From: Ignavibacteriales bacterium | GTDB taxonomy: Bacteria; Bacteroidota; Ignavibacteria; Ignavibacteriales; Melioribacteraceae | Length of the DNA: 64,000 bases | Direction of reading: 5' to 3' | Assembly (NCBI GenBank): GCA_026390795.1 | Contig: JAPLFG010000005.1 | Span: 98,200 to 162,199 of the forward strand | In this document: positions 45,367 through 56,667 of the stretch, one piece after another | How the letters are laid out: the number at the start of each line of letters is the position of its first letter | How positions within the stretch are numbered: the stretch's first letter is position 1 | Made by a program: the position numbers and the translations under genes | The notes under the pieces: generated by a model | Told to the model about the DNA's origin: nothing | Database searches by the model: none | Seen by the model: the letters and a program-made list of their open reading frames with translations, nothing else

Positions 45367-45687
45367 TCAGGCGGTTTCTTCGTCAACCCTTTGAATCGTT
45401 TGTACTATAAGACTGAAATATCTGTCCAGTGAACAATTTGCATCTTCACGCAGATAACAGTTTCCGTTTTCTTGAGCACGGCATTCAACACAAACTGTTT
45501 CTCTTAATTTATTGTGTAATTCTTGAAGATCGTCAGAATCGTTATTGTGCACCACTTGAATAATTTGGGGAAGAAATAATTCAACTGCACAAGATTCTTT
45601 TTCATTTAATGAGCAGCCCCCTTTTTCATTGGAGTCTGCACAAATTGCACAAACATTTTGTTTTAATGCTTTAAGATATTTATCCAT
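45367..45687 (-). CDS. Cys-rich hypothetical protein (two CxxC-x7/8-C-x7-C modules)
   Basis: 106 aa with CAIC-x8-C-x7-C and CVEC-x7-C-x7-C, an internal duplication suggesting metal or Fe-S binding. Confidence 0.5.
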   Translation of the reverse strand: MDKYLKALKQNVCAICADSNEKGGCSLNEKESCAVELFLPQIIQVVHNNDSDDLQELHNKLRETVCVECRAQENGNCYLREDANCSLDRYFSLIVQTIQRVDEETA

Positions 45688-45736
45688 AAATTTGTCCCGT
45701 CAATTCGGTAGAAAAATTAACAATAAGATACTTAAG

Positions 45737-46426
45737 ATGGAAGACACAAATAAAAAAATACAAGTAAGGAGAATATTTGATTCAATTTCGCAGCGTTATG
45801 ATTTCTTGAATCATTTTCTGAGCGCCGGTGTTGATTTCTATTGGCGCAAAAAAGCAATTCAGCTTTCCGGCATGTCGCCTAAAACAAGATTATTGGATAT
45901 AGCATGCGGGACCGGAGATTTTGCAATTACAGCCAAAAAAAACGGTGTGGAAAAAATTTTCGGTGCAGATCTTTCATTCAACATGCTCTCTTTGTTCAAC
46001 AAAAAAGTCGATTGGATAAATGGGAAAGTTGTTGAAACAGTCGCAGAGGATTTGCCATTTAAAGATGAGTCCTTCTCCAACATCACCGTAGCATTTGGAG
46101 TTCGTAATTTTTACAATATCCCTCAAGCATTCAAATCCTTTTACAAGATTCTTTCCTTAAAAGGGAAAGTCACTGTTCTTGAATTCCGTCTGCCAAAGAA
46201 TATTCTGATTAGAAATTTTTATCTTTTTTATTTTAACAAAGTACTTCCGTTTATCGGAAGAATTGTTTCTAAAGACAATGAAGCTTACACTTATTTGCCG
46301 GAGTCGGTTGGTGAGTTTGACAAAAAAATTGACCTAGTTAAGCTCTTTCAGGAAGCTGGTTTTTCTAAAGTAGAAAAGCACTCACTTACTTTTGGGTTAA
46401 CTCAAGTTGTCATTGCTGAAAAATAA
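45737..46426 (+). CDS. menG: demethylmenaquinone/ubiquinone C-methyltransferase
   Basis: From ATG 45737: MEDTNKKIQVRRIFDSISQRYDFLNHFLSAGVDFYWRKK and LLDIACGTGDF. The track ORF start at 45629 overlaps the divergent gene and is unlikely. Confidence 0.8.
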   Translation: MEDTNKKIQVRRIFDSISQRYDFLNHFLSAGVDFYWRKKAIQLSGMSPKTRLLDIACGTGDFAITAKKNGVEKIFGADLSFNMLSLFNKKVDWINGKVVETVAEDLPFKDESFSNITVAFGVRNFYNIPQAFKSFYKILSLKGKVTVLEFRLPKNILIRNFYLFYFNKVLPFIGRIVSKDNEAYTYLPESVGEFDKKIDLVKLFQEAGFSKVEKHSLTFGLTQVVIAEK

Positions 46427-46544
46427 ATGATTCGAAGTTTCTAAATTCTCTTTACGAAAATCTTTCTAATAATTTTTCTATTTACAAACATTCGGCTCAT
46501 CCTAATTATTTATTATTGATTTTAACCGGCTTCTTTTAGAGAAA

Positions 46545-48383
46545 TTATTTGTTTAATTGTTGAATCATTTTCACAAATAGATCTTTCTCTTTTGCCGAGT
46601 AACTCCAGCCCTCTTTTTCTAATTTATTTATTCCGGCAAGACCTTCCTTTAATCGCGATTCTTTGCTAAAAGCAAGGTTTAGAAATTTCGAAGAATTAAT
46701 ATTATCCTTCTTCTCAAAATATAATAATGCCAGCCCCAGCATTGAATCCCAATGTTCTGCATCAAGTTCTAGACATTTTTCAAAATTATTTTTGGCGGAA
46801 CTATAATTTTTATTTGATAAATAATAGTATCCGATGTTATTATAAGCTGCCGCAGAGTTTGGGCTAAGTTCTAAAACTTTATTAAGATCTTTAATTGCCT
46901 CGTTAAATTTCTCAAATTGTGCATAACAAAAACTTCGATTGAAATAAGCATTTGAATAATCCGATTTCAATTCTACAGCTTTATTGTAATCTTCTAATGC
47001 CGCTTTGTAATCTTTTAAATGATATTTAGATAAGCCGCGGTTATTATAAGCATTAGCATAATCTGGTTTTATTTCTATTGCCCGGCTATAATCGGCTATG
47101 GCTCCATAATAGTCCCCCAACTTATCTTTTGCAAGACCCCGATTAAGATATGCATAAGTATAATTTGGATTTAGCTCTACGGCTTTATTATTATCCTCTA
47201 TTACTCCGGTATAATCATTACTATAATATTTAGTGAGAGCACGATTGAAATATGCCACAGCACTCTTTGGATTCAATTCAATTGCTTTACTATAATCTGC
47301 ACTAGCGCCCTGTTTATCTCCAGCACCATCTTTAGCATTACCACGATCGATATAAACGTTCGGGTCCGTGGAGTTCAATTCTATTGTTTTGTTATAGTCT
47401 GCTATAGCTCCTTGGTAATCCTTTAGATAATATTTAGCGAGACCTCGATTATAATATGCAACTTCATAATTCCCATCTAATTCTATTGCCCTGTTGTAAT
47501 CTGAAATTGCACCATAATAATCTTCTAATTGAGTTTTTACTAAACCCCGGTTAGAATATGCAAGAGCATAATTCGGGTTCAATTCAATTGCCTTGTTATA
47601 ATCTATTGTTGAAGCAGAATAATCTTTTAAGTGATATTTATCGAGACCGCGATTAAGATATGCTGTTGCATCGTAGGGATTTAATTCAATCGCTCTGCTG
47701 TGATCAGCAATAGCCCCATAATAATCTTTCATTTTATCTTTTGCATTTCCACGCCCAATGTACGAGTCTGGATCCTTCGGATTAAGTTCTATTGCCATGT
47801 TGTAATCAGCAATAGATTCTAAGTAATTCATTAATTTATATTTAGCAAGACCACGATTGTAGTATGCAGACGCGTTATTTGGATTCAACGAGATTACATA
47901 ATTAAAATTTGTCACGGCATCGTTGTAATTCTCGGAATTTATATTATTATATCCCTGATCAAAGTACATATCTTCTTTATTGGTATCATACCAAGTTTTC
48001 ACTATTTCACAATTATTACCAAGAGATTGACATTGTCTCATTGCGCCATCTTTTGCATTGATCGAATCAGCCGCGGCTAAAGATACACCGATAACTCTTG
48101 CACCTTCGTTATTGGTCCCTATAGCAATGGCACTAAATCCATTTTGTTCGGTAGATACAACTAGTACCGGATTCAACCCGCCATAATTTATGCATTGCTG
48201 GTATGCTGCTTCCTTGGCATCTGATTCGGTTGTCCGACCCCATGCTGCTCCCCAAGCCCCATTGTCTTTACTAAAATACACGGCACTTTGAGCGTTTATT
48301 GAATTAGTCGATAAAATAATTACGAGAAGAAGAAATGTAATTTTCATTTTAGTTTCCTCCGTTAGATTGAGATTTCTATTCAT
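46545..48383 (-). CDS. secreted TPR-repeat protein with DUF4189-like N-domain
   Basis: 612 aa. About 12 tandem 34-aa TPR units (A.ADY..AIELNP.....Y.NRG). N-terminal NGAWGAAWGRTTESDAKEAAYQQC. Confidence 0.75.
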   Translation of the reverse strand: MNRNLNLTEETKMKITFLLLVIILSTNSINAQSAVYFSKDNGAWGAAWGRTTESDAKEAAYQQCINYGGLNPVLVVSTEQNGFSAIAIGTNNEGARVIGVSLAAADSINAKDGAMRQCQSLGNNCEIVKTWYDTNKEDMYFDQGYNNINSENYNDAVTNFNYVISLNPNNASAYYNRGLAKYKLMNYLESIADYNMAIELNPKDPDSYIGRGNAKDKMKDYYGAIADHSRAIELNPYDATAYLNRGLDKYHLKDYSASTIDYNKAIELNPNYALAYSNRGLVKTQLEDYYGAISDYNRAIELDGNYEVAYYNRGLAKYYLKDYQGAIADYNKTIELNSTDPNVYIDRGNAKDGAGDKQGASADYSKAIELNPKSAVAYFNRALTKYYSNDYTGVIEDNNKAVELNPNYTYAYLNRGLAKDKLGDYYGAIADYSRAIEIKPDYANAYNNRGLSKYHLKDYKAALEDYNKAVELKSDYSNAYFNRSFCYAQFEKFNEAIKDLNKVLELSPNSAAAYNNIGYYYLSNKNYSSAKNNFEKCLELDAEHWDSMLGLALLYFEKKDNINSSKFLNLAFSKESRLKEGLAGINKLEKEGWSYSAKEKDLFVKMIQQLNK

Positions 48384-48556
48384 CAGAAACTGGAAGTTGA
48401 TTTTATACTTAGCCGAATAAGGGAAGGTTTACAATAACGAATACTTCTTCTAAAAATAATTCCGTAATCATTATAGCGAGATTAAATGAATATGTAAAGC
48501 AGAGTTTAGACTACTCATCAAATTTTCTAAATGAAAAACTAATACTAACAAGAATA

Positions 48557-49753
48557 TTATTTATACTTTTTCTCAATCTCCTCAATCTTATTATTTTTAT
48601 AATCGGAAACACCTACCATCAAACCTGCTGTTGTAATAACGGCTCCAATAACTTGATAGATAGTTACATTTTGCCCGAATAAAAACATTATAAATGGAAT
48701 TATCGCCAGATAAACATTTGTGTACGGAACCCAGAAATGTGCAGAGAAGCGTGCCAGTTTGAAAAATCCAAAACTATATATGTACCCGGTCAATCCGGCG
48801 AGCACTACAAATAATATCGGCCACCAGTTCTTAGGTAATATTGTCCCTTGAAATAATGAGAAGAATCTATGATACTCAGTGGTTGCAAATATCTTTTTTA
48901 CATTTTCTTGAGTAACTTCTGCCAAATCCCTCTTGAGTATAAATTGACCATCTTTTTCTACATAACAGTTTAGAAGATATTCTTTCTGTTCGTTGTTTAT
49001 TTTCGTAAAAACTCTCGTTTCCATAATGTTCGCATTTAACTTATCCGGAATATTTACATTCATTAAATTGCCAATAAATGGAATTATGAATAATGCCGAT
49101 GTAATGAACATCATCTTCCAGACTTCGCGCCATGCTACAAGAGCATTCGGACCAACTCCCTTAAATGCGGTTTGAACAGTTTTGTTATTTAGAATCTGCT
49201 GCGAGAAGAGACATAAATTAATTATGATAATCCAGACAATAGCTGATCCGTCTAGAACCGACTTCGGATCAACAACTCCTCCGAGAATGCGAGGAAGATA
49301 AGGAAATGATAGGCCTGCAATTACCAATAGAATTCCAATCCAGTGCGCTTTTCTTATTGGTGCGTTAAATAATACTTTCCCGAAGAATGGAAGAAGTGCT
49401 AGGTAAACATTTACATATGGTGCGAATAAATGCGGTGAATAATATCTTGGTAAATAAAAGAAACCAATATTTTCTATAACTCCGGTAAAGGCACAAATCG
49501 CAATTGTGACCATGGAAATGGCACCCGGCCACAAATATTTCATTTTCTTTCCGCGAATTACTTCAACAATAACAGCAATTACTGCCCAGGCAAGTTTTGA
49601 AATCTCACGCCACCACGTCATAACACCTGGTGAAACACCTACAGGCTGGTTGCCAACAAACTTTTCTTGGTTGCCCATCCAGTTAAGAATGTACTGACCT
49701 CCAAGAGCACCATTAATTATTGATAACCAAAGAATTAGTATTAACCATTCCAT
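48557..49753 (-). CDS. polytopic membrane protein, hypothetical (two EamA/DMT-like halves around a soluble insert)
   Basis: 398 aa. Hydrophobic helices flank a hydrophilic segment around residues 235-300. The two halves both end in ...VIGAVITTAGL / ...WIGILLVIAGL. Confidence 0.5.
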   Translation of the reverse strand: MEWLILILWLSIINGALGGQYILNWMGNQEKFVGNQPVGVSPGVMTWWREISKLAWAVIAVIVEVIRGKKMKYLWPGAISMVTIAICAFTGVIENIGFFYLPRYYSPHLFAPYVNVYLALLPFFGKVLFNAPIRKAHWIGILLVIAGLSFPYLPRILGGVVDPKSVLDGSAIVWIIIINLCLFSQQILNNKTVQTAFKGVGPNALVAWREVWKMMFITSALFIIPFIGNLMNVNIPDKLNANIMETRVFTKINNEQKEYLLNCYVEKDGQFILKRDLAEVTQENVKKIFATTEYHRFFSLFQGTILPKNWWPILFVVLAGLTGYIYSFGFFKLARFSAHFWVPYTNVYLAIIPFIMFLFGQNVTIYQVIGAVITTAGLMVGVSDYKNNKIEEIEKKYK

Positions 49754-49846
49754 TGAGCTGTTGCCTCTATTTAAGAGATGAATTTACATTTCAAAACTTT
49801 GATGATAATATAAACATCTATATATGAAAAATGTATTCTGAAATTT

Positions 49847-50422
49847 TTATATCAGCCTTTTTCTTAATTGATTGAACGACCGCGCTCTGTGGCTGATTTC
49901 ATTTTTCGATTTAAAATCTAATTCAGCAATTGTTTTTTCGTAACCATCCGGTATAAAAATCGGGTCATATCCAAATCCGTTTGTACCTCTTTGTTCCCTG
50001 ATGATCTGCCCAGGTAATTCACCTATCGCTTCAATCTCGATTTTCCCGTCATAATAAACCGCGCAACTTATAAATTTTGCAATATGGGGTTCCGGAAAAT
50101 CTTTTAATTCTTCAATCACTTTTAGATTGTTATCTTCGTACGTGCAGTTCTCACCGCTGTAACGTGCAGAATACACACCCGGTTTTCCATTTAATTGTTC
50201 AATAGATAAACCGGAATCATCAGCAACTACCGGTTCTCTATAGATCTCATAAACTGCTTTCGCCTTTATGAATGCATTCTCTCGGAATGTTTTTCCGTGT
50301 TCTTCAATATCAATGTGGTTTCCAAGATCATAAAGAGAAATTATTTCAATTGATGAATCCGCAAAGATGGCTTTTACCTCATCTGCTTTGCCTTTATTCT
50401 GTGTAGCAAAAATTATTTTCAT
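49847..50422 (-). CDS. rdgB: dITP/XTP pyrophosphatase (Ham1/RdgB)
   Basis: 191 aa with KIIFATQNKGKADE and GFGYDPIF. Confidence 0.9.
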   Translation of the reverse strand: MKIIFATQNKGKADEVKAIFADSSIEIISLYDLGNHIDIEEHGKTFRENAFIKAKAVYEIYREPVVADDSGLSIEQLNGKPGVYSARYSGENCTYEDNNLKVIEELKDFPEPHIAKFISCAVYYDGKIEIEAIGELPGQIIREQRGTNGFGYDPIFIPDGYEKTIAELDFKSKNEISHRARSFNQLRKRLI

Positions 50423-50502
50423 TAGTATCTCTAAAATGGAACGCTGATTATTACTATTTTCTAAAACTAACTTATGTTGCGCAAGAGGTGAATTTTTTGC
50501 TT

Positions 50503-50592
50503 CTAAGGCACAAAGACACCAAGTATAAATTTGATATTTATTCGTTTTTCGATATTTCTTTGTGCCTTAGTGTCTTTGTGGCAAAGGTTTTA
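50503..50592. repeat. palindromic CACAAAG-type element (REP/MITE-like)
   Basis: CTAAGGCACAAAG (50503-50515) is the exact reverse complement of CTTTGTGCCTTAG (50558-50570). A further TGTCTTTGTGGC unit follows at 50571-50582. Confidence 0.55.
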
Positions 50593-50797
50593 AAAAGTAT
50601 GCGTAACATCTGTTACAAAGAAACATCTGAAAAATTTCAATAATTATCCTTGCGAGTACTTTCACTTTGTTCGGTATAAACTTCGTGACTCAAAATAAAT
50701 TTAGATTACTTCCCCGCAAAAAAGCGGGGCGCCTGGTATTTCATAACTCTTGATGACCATCAAGAAATATTTACCAGAAGTTTCAAGAACTTAAAAA

Positions 50798-52138
50798 TCA
50801 TTTTGCAGTTTGTCTTAGTATCTGACGTAATTCCTTTTTTCCATTTGCTACAATATCCAATTCATCATACATCAAACACCTTCCATCAGACACAATAATA
50901 TTTCCGTCAGTCATAACTACTTTCACATTTTCTTTTGAAGCAGAATAGACAATACTGGAATAAACATTTTCGTTATTCAGGAGTAATGGTTGATCTGACT
51001 TATCAAGATCGAGTAAAACAAGATCGGCTTTTTTGCCGACTTCTATACTTCCGACTTCATTTTCTATATGCAGTGCCTTAGCACCTTCAATAGTGGCAAG
51101 ACGAAATACGGTTAAGGCGTCCATCGAAGTTGGTCCATGAATCGGTTTTTGAATTAATGCTGCATTACGCATTTCATTGAATATACTTAAGCTGTTATTG
51201 CATGGTGCACCATCAGCCCCTAAAGAGATTGAAATTCCTTCTTTAATATAACGCGGAATGTTTGCTATACCAGAACCGAGCTTGAGGTTTGAGGAAGGAC
51301 AATGAGAGACACGAACAGAATTCTTTTTGAGTGTTTTCAACTCTTTATCATTCAAGTGAATGCAGTGAGCTAGAACAGTATGAGAATCAAGAATTCCAAT
51401 CGAATCAAAATATTCAACATTCTCTTTACCGGTCATTTTTCTAACAGTATCAACTTCAGTTTTATTTTCTGAAGAATGAGTATGGAAAAGTGAACCAGGA
51501 AAATCTTTCATCATCCCTTTCGTTTCAATTAATAGTTCTTTGGAACAGGAAAGAACAAAGCGCGGTGCAAATCCAAACTTCACTTTATCATTATTAGAAT
51601 TATGAAATGACTTTGCCCAATCATATGTTGATTTTAAATTCCAATCGGTCGTCTCGCAAAATGAAGGATACAGTTCATTCTGATCCATCATACAATTTCC
51701 GGCAAATGCACGTAAACCCGAAGAGATTAATTCTTCAAAAATAATTTCTTGATGCCGCAGTGTGCCCATATCTAACAAAGTAGTTGTACCGCCTGTTATC
51801 AGATCATTTAGACCTAGACGGACAGAAGCGCGCAAAGAATTTCTTGTGTGTGAATTTTCATAAGGAAAAATTCTTTTTTGAAGCCAATCGAGCAATTCAA
51901 GATCATCTGCCAATCCTCTGAATAAAGTTTGACATAGATGTATATGAGTTTGGATGAACCCAGGTATCAAAGTGTAATTTTGGTAATTAAGAATCTCTCT
52001 ATCAAATTTTTTAAATTCATTAAGCGGTGCAATTTTTTGAATTTTTCCATCTACAATTTCAACCGCATGGTTATAAAGAACTGTGTTGGTCGGGTCAACT
52101 GTAACAATCCTGTTTGGTACTATCAGTTTACTTTTCAT
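50798..52138 (-). CDS. amidohydrolase-family deaminase (MtaD/SAH-MTA deaminase-like)
   Basis: 446 aa with the metal-binding FIQTHIHLCQT (HxH) and the later HCIH / ADGAP motifs typical of the family. Confidence 0.7.
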   Translation of the reverse strand: MKSKLIVPNRIVTVDPTNTVLYNHAVEIVDGKIQKIAPLNEFKKFDREILNYQNYTLIPGFIQTHIHLCQTLFRGLADDLELLDWLQKRIFPYENSHTRNSLRASVRLGLNDLITGGTTTLLDMGTLRHQEIIFEELISSGLRAFAGNCMMDQNELYPSFCETTDWNLKSTYDWAKSFHNSNNDKVKFGFAPRFVLSCSKELLIETKGMMKDFPGSLFHTHSSENKTEVDTVRKMTGKENVEYFDSIGILDSHTVLAHCIHLNDKELKTLKKNSVRVSHCPSSNLKLGSGIANIPRYIKEGISISLGADGAPCNNSLSIFNEMRNAALIQKPIHGPTSMDALTVFRLATIEGAKALHIENEVGSIEVGKKADLVLLDLDKSDQPLLLNNENVYSSIVYSASKENVKVVMTDGNIIVSDGRCLMYDELDIVANGKKELRQILRQTAK

Positions 52139-52490
52139 TTATTTTTCTCTCAGCAAATATTTCATCCATCTTTTCTACAGCATAACGTAAATGAGGAATT
52201 ATAATCGAACCGCCAACAATTAAAGCCACATTAAATGTTTCATACAGTTCTTGCTGTGTTGCTCCTTCTTGAATGGCACGGTCAATATGATAAAGGATAC
52301 AATCATTGCATCGCAGTACCATAGAAGAAGAAAGTCCCATTAATTCTTTAGTCTTCGCATTAAGCGCACCGTCTATATATGCTTTATTATCGAGCGCAAA
52401 AAATTTATTAAAATCTCTAAATCCGGAATTGAGAATTCTGTCATTCATTTCTGCCCGGTAAGCTCTAAATTCATTTACATTGGATTTCAT
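52128..52490 (-). CDS. carboxymuconolactone decarboxylase (AhpD-like) family protein
   Basis: 120 aa with ELMGLSSSMVLRCNDCILYH (CxxC). Confidence 0.7.
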   Translation of the reverse strand: MKSNVNEFRAYRAEMNDRILNSGFRDFNKFFALDNKAYIDGALNAKTKELMGLSSSMVLRCNDCILYHIDRAIQEGATQQELYETFNVALIVGGSIIIPHLRYAVEKMDEIFAERKINEK

Positions 52491-52498
52491 AATATTTC

Positions 52499-55330
52499 CT
52501 AATTTCTGTTTAATTCTTTTTTCAAAAATTTGCCCGTTAAACTTTTTTTATTTTGAGCAATAACTTCAGGAGTTCCGGTCGCTACTATTTCTCCGCCATA
52601 TTCACCGCCTCCTGGTCCCAGATCTACAACATAGTCGGCAACTTTAATTACATCCAGATTATGTTCAATTACAATTACGGTATTTCCTTTATCAACTAGT
52701 TTGTTAAGTACGTTAAGAAGAATATTAACGTCCTCAAAATGAAGTCCAGTTGTCGGTTCATCTAAAATATAAATTGTTTTCCCCGTTTGCACTTTGCTCA
52801 ATTCTGCTGCAAGCTTAACTCTCTGCGCTTCACCGCCTGACAGTGTTGTAGCCTGCTGCCCAAGTTTGATGTAACCAAGACCGACATCATTTAATGCCTT
52901 TATTTTTCTATTGAGCGCCGGCAGATCTTCAAAGAAACCTACGGCATCTTCAACAGTCATATCTAAAACTTCGGATATTGATTTTGTCTTGTAAAGAATT
53001 TCAAGTGTTTCCATATTATATCGTTTGCCGTTACAAACTTCGCATAATACATAAACATTAGGCAAGAAATTCATCTCAATTTTTTTTAGTCCGTCACCCT
53101 GGCATTCTTCACATCTGCCGCCGGAAACATTGAAACTGAATCTTCCTGCTTTGTAACCGCGCATTTTTGACTCCGGCAATTGCGAAAAGAGATCCCGGAT
53201 GTGCGTGAATAATCCTGTGTAAGTTGCAGGATTCGAACGCGGAGTTCTGCCAATAGGCGATTGATCAATCTCTATAACTTTATCAATTTGTTCAAGTCCT
53301 TTAATTTCTTTAAATGAAAGTGGAGTCACTTTAGAGTTATAAATTTTCTTCGTCAAAATTTTTACAAGAGTTTCATTTATCAAAGAAGATTTACCGGAAC
53401 CGCTCACTCCGGTGATTGCAGTAAAACTACCAAGAGGAATTTTCAGATCAACCGATTTGAGGTTATTACCGCTCGCACCATTTAACTCAATGAATTTATG
53501 ATTCCCTTTTCTTCTTTCTTCAGGTATTTCAATTTTCTTCAAATCTTTGAGATAATCGAGTGTTAATGATTTTTCTTCTCTTTTTGATTTCAAAATTTTA
53601 TCGGTAAAACCAACTATACAAACTTCGCCTCCGTGAATACCGGCGCGTGGTCCAAGGTCAACAATATAATCCGAGCTTTCAATAGTTTCGCGGTCATGCT
53701 CTACAACTATTACTGTATTACCGAGATCGCGTAAATCTTTTAATGATTTAATAAGTTTGATATTATCCGCTTGATGCAATCCAATGCTCGGTTCATCTAA
53801 TACGTATAAAACACCGGCAAGTTGAGAACCAATTTGCGTGGCTAACCTGATCCGCTGTGATTCACCGCCGGAAAGTGTTCGTGCCGAGCGGTCAAGAGTT
53901 AGATAGTCCAGACCGACATTCAATAAAAACTCCAAGCGGGAATTAATTTCTTTTAAAATCTGGTGTGCAATTATTTCTTCTCGGGGCTTCAATTTTAAAT
54001 TAGAGAAGAATTTTATTGCTTTCTCAATTGATATTGATGTTGATTGTGAAATGTTGAGACCGTTTAATGTTACCGAAAGCGATTCTTTTTTGAGTCTGCC
54101 GCCGTTGCATGTTGAACATGTGGCTGTATTCATAAAAGATTCTGCCCACTCCCGCATTTTGTTTGAGGAGGTGTTATCGTAATAGTGTTTTATATAATTT
54201 ATTACACCGTTAAACTTGTGAGTATAAGTTACAGTTCTTCCTCCGCCGTATGTATAAGTAAAAGGAATTTTTTCTTTTGTTCCGTTTAACAATACATCTA
54301 TTTGTTCTTTAGAAAATTTTTCGAGAGGGGTGTCGTAATCAAATCCAAATTTTTGCGCAATAATTTCAAGCTGGTTAAAGAACCAAACAGTTCTCGGTTT
54401 TCCTACAGCCGCAATTCCCTCTTCATTAATTGTTTTTCCCCAGTCTGGAATAATAAGATTGATATCAAGTTCTTTCTTCTCACCAAGTCCATCACAATCC
54501 GGACATGAGCCGTAAGGTGAATTGAAAGAAAAAGAATTTGGTGCAAGTTCTTGAAATCCGATTCCGCAATAAGCACAAGCAAGATTGCGGCTGTAAATAT
54601 GATCTTGTGTTCCGTCATTAATAATTACGTTTCCGTTTCCATAGTTCAATGCAACATCAATTGATTCGGCAATTCTAGTACGGGATTTTTCACCAACTTT
54701 GATCCGGTCAATAACAATTTCAATATCATGAACTTTGTACCGATCAACTTTGAATGTTTCGGTCAATTCATGAGTTTCCGCATCAACACGTACACGTACA
54801 AAACCGTCCGCCAATATTTCCGCAAACAATTCGCGGTAGTGCCCTTTTCTACCTCTAATTACCGGAGCCAAAATAACTACACGTTTATCTATGAACTTTT
54901 CTAATACCGTATCAATAATTTGGTCCGATGATTGTTTCTCCACTTCTCTACCGCAATTGTAGCAATGTGGTTTTCCAACACGAGCATAAAGTAAACGGAG
55001 ATAATCGTAAATTTCTGTTACAGTGCCAACTGTTGAACGCGGATTACCATGCGTAGATTTTTGTTCAATTGAAATTGCCGGACTTAAACCTTCAATTAAA
55101 TCAACATCGGGTTTTTCAAGCACGCCAAGAAATTGACGCGCATAAGCTGATAAAGATTCAATATAACGTCTCTGCCCTTCCGCATAAATTGTATTGAATA
55201 CAAGAGTTGACTTTCCCGAACCTGAAAGACCTGTAATTACTATAAATGCATCCCGGGGAATCTCTAAATCGATGTTCTTGAGATTATGTTCGCGGGCACC
55301 TTTTATTATTATTTTATTTAAAGACTGCAA
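52499..55330 (-). CDS. uvrA: excinuclease ABC subunit A
   Basis: 943 aa. Two ABC modules ([20 protein letters not shown]; [16 protein letters not shown]) and zinc-finger Cys clusters. TTG start. Confidence 0.95.
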   Translation of the reverse strand: MQSLNKIIIKGAREHNLKNIDLEIPRDAFIVITGLSGSGKSTLVFNTIYAEGQRRYIESLSAYARQFLGVLEKPDVDLIEGLSPAISIEQKSTHGNPRSTVGTVTEIYDYLRLLYARVGKPHCYNCGREVEKQSSDQIIDTVLEKFIDKRVVILAPVIRGRKGHYRELFAEILADGFVRVRVDAETHELTETFKVDRYKVHDIEIVIDRIKVGEKSRTRIAESIDVALNYGNGNVIINDGTQDHIYSRNLACAYCGIGFQELAPNSFSFNSPYGSCPDCDGLGEKKELDINLIIPDWGKTINEEGIAAVGKPRTVWFFNQLEIIAQKFGFDYDTPLEKFSKEQIDVLLNGTKEKIPFTYTYGGGRTVTYTHKFNGVINYIKHYYDNTSSNKMREWAESFMNTATCSTCNGGRLKKESLSVTLNGLNISQSTSISIEKAIKFFSNLKLKPREEIIAHQILKEINSRLEFLLNVGLDYLTLDRSARTLSGGESQRIRLATQIGSQLAGVLYVLDEPSIGLHQADNIKLIKSLKDLRDLGNTVIVVEHDRETIESSDYIVDLGPRAGIHGGEVCIVGFTDKILKSKREEKSLTLDYLKDLKKIEIPEERRKGNHKFIELNGASGNNLKSVDLKIPLGSFTAITGVSGSGKSSLINETLVKILTKKIYNSKVTPLSFKEIKGLEQIDKVIEIDQSPIGRTPRSNPATYTGLFTHIRDLFSQLPESKMRGYKAGRFSFNVSGGRCEECQGDGLKKIEMNFLPNVYVLCEVCNGKRYNMETLEILYKTKSISEVLDMTVEDAVGFFEDLPALNRKIKALNDVGLGYIKLGQQATTLSGGEAQRVKLAAELSKVQTGKTIYILDEPTTGLHFEDVNILLNVLNKLVDKGNTVIVIEHNLDVIKVADYVVDLGPGGGEYGGEIVATGTPEVIAQNKKSLTGKFLKKELNRN

Positions 55331-55410
55331 TTAGATAAATTTCCGTAGTTTAAAATGTTATTGTAAACAATGCAGATTAGAAAATCAATTTTTCATGAGA
55401 TCAAAAATCT

Positions 55411-56040
55411 ATGACAAATCTTCCCGAACAGGTAAAAACTATCTCCTCTGAGAGTGAATTCAAATTGAAAGAGAAAGGTTCCACTTTTATCTCAATTTCA
55501 AAGCCTATAGAAAATATTGACGAAGCGATAACATTTTTAACATCATTAAAGAAAAAATATTACGACGCGACACATCACTGCTATTCTTATCAATTAGTTG
55601 ACGGCACATTCAAATATTCAGATGATGGAGAACCGAGCGGAACTGCCGGGAAAAGAATATTCAATGCGCAAAGTCATTTTGGTCTTACAGACTTGATAAC
55701 TATTGTGATTCGCTACTATGGCGGTGTAAAACTTGGTGTTGGACCTCTGGGTAAAGCTTATTATGATGCCGCAATTCATAATTTAGAATCATCAAAAACC
55801 GAAGAAAAATTCTTACATGCAATGATCGAAATCGAATATGAGTTTGAATATTCCAACCTAATTCATCATTTAATCTCGAAATATCAACTTATTATACAAA
55901 ATCATCTCTTTGAACCAAATCCAAAATTAATATGCTTAATTCGAAATTCAATCATAAATAAATTTTCTTCGGAAGTATCGTCATCTTCGAATAGTAAGAT
56001 TCTCGTTAAGACAACCGACCAGATTTTCTACAAAAAATAA
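55411..56040 (+). CDS. YigZ/IMPACT family protein
   Basis: 209 aa with KGSTFI, ATHHCYSY and DDGEPSGTAG. Confidence 0.8.
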   Translation: MTNLPEQVKTISSESEFKLKEKGSTFISISKPIENIDEAITFLTSLKKKYYDATHHCYSYQLVDGTFKYSDDGEPSGTAGKRIFNAQSHFGLTDLITIVIRYYGGVKLGVGPLGKAYYDAAIHNLESSKTEEKFLHAMIEIEYEFEYSNLIHHLISKYQLIIQNHLFEPNPKLICLIRNSIINKFSSEVSSSSNSKILVKTTDQIFYKK

Positions 56041-56169
56041 ATAGCTTTTTTTTATGATTTGGCATATCTTGACAAAGAGCCCTTATTTACTTAATTTGAT
56101 TTTAGGATAAGAAGCACCCTATAGTCCTTTAAAAGGAAAAAATAATATCAATAAAATGCTGAGGCATAA

Positions 56170-56601
56170 ATGATTTACACCAAAACGGGAGAATATGCAA
56201 TAAGAGCAATTTTATTCTTAGCTCGACAAACGAAAGAAAATCTAATTATGTCTTCTGAGATTGCAAAAAATGAAGACATCCCCGCTCATTACCTTGCAAA
56301 AATTTTACAAAGGATGGCCAAATACGGATATGTTGATTCATTCAAGGGAAGAGGCGGCGGTTTCAAAATTACCGAACTTGCTAAAAAAAGTTCAATTCTT
56401 GAAATAGTGGAAAGAGTTGAAGGTCCTGTTATTAATTTAAAATGTGTTACCGGATTGAAAGAATGTTCTGATGAATATCCTTGTCCTTTACATGATGAAT
56501 GGGCTGAATTGAGGAATAAAATTTATAGTCTTATTTCAAGTAAATCGGTTCAAGAAGTTGCGGAAAAATACGCAGAGACTTTGAAGAAACCGAGACAATA
56601 A
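56170..56601 (+). CDS. Rrf2-family transcriptional regulator
   Basis: 143 aa. N-terminal wHTH TKTGEYAIRAILFLA. Cys cluster C-x6-C-x5-C. Confidence 0.85.
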   Translation: MIYTKTGEYAIRAILFLARQTKENLIMSSEIAKNEDIPAHYLAKILQRMAKYGYVDSFKGRGGGFKITELAKKSSILEIVERVEGPVINLKCVTGLKECSDEYPCPLHDEWAELRNKIYSLISSKSVQEVAEKYAETLKKPRQ

Positions 56602-56619
56602 AATCATTCTGAAGAAAAA

Positions 56620-56653
56620 GGATTTAAGGCATTTCGCTTTAAATCCTTTTTTT
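56620..56653. terminator. bidirectional terminator between convergent genes
   Basis: GGATTTAA (56620-56627) pairs with TTAAATCC (56639-56646), followed by TTTTTTTATTTT. An A-run precedes it and serves the minus strand. Confidence 0.7.
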
Positions 56654-56667
56654 ATTTTAAAAGAAAA

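Noticed and set aside
45629-45736. N-terminal 36-codon extension of the menG/ubiE ORF
   Set aside because: It overlaps the divergent Cys-rich gene. Family homology begins only after the ATG at 45737.
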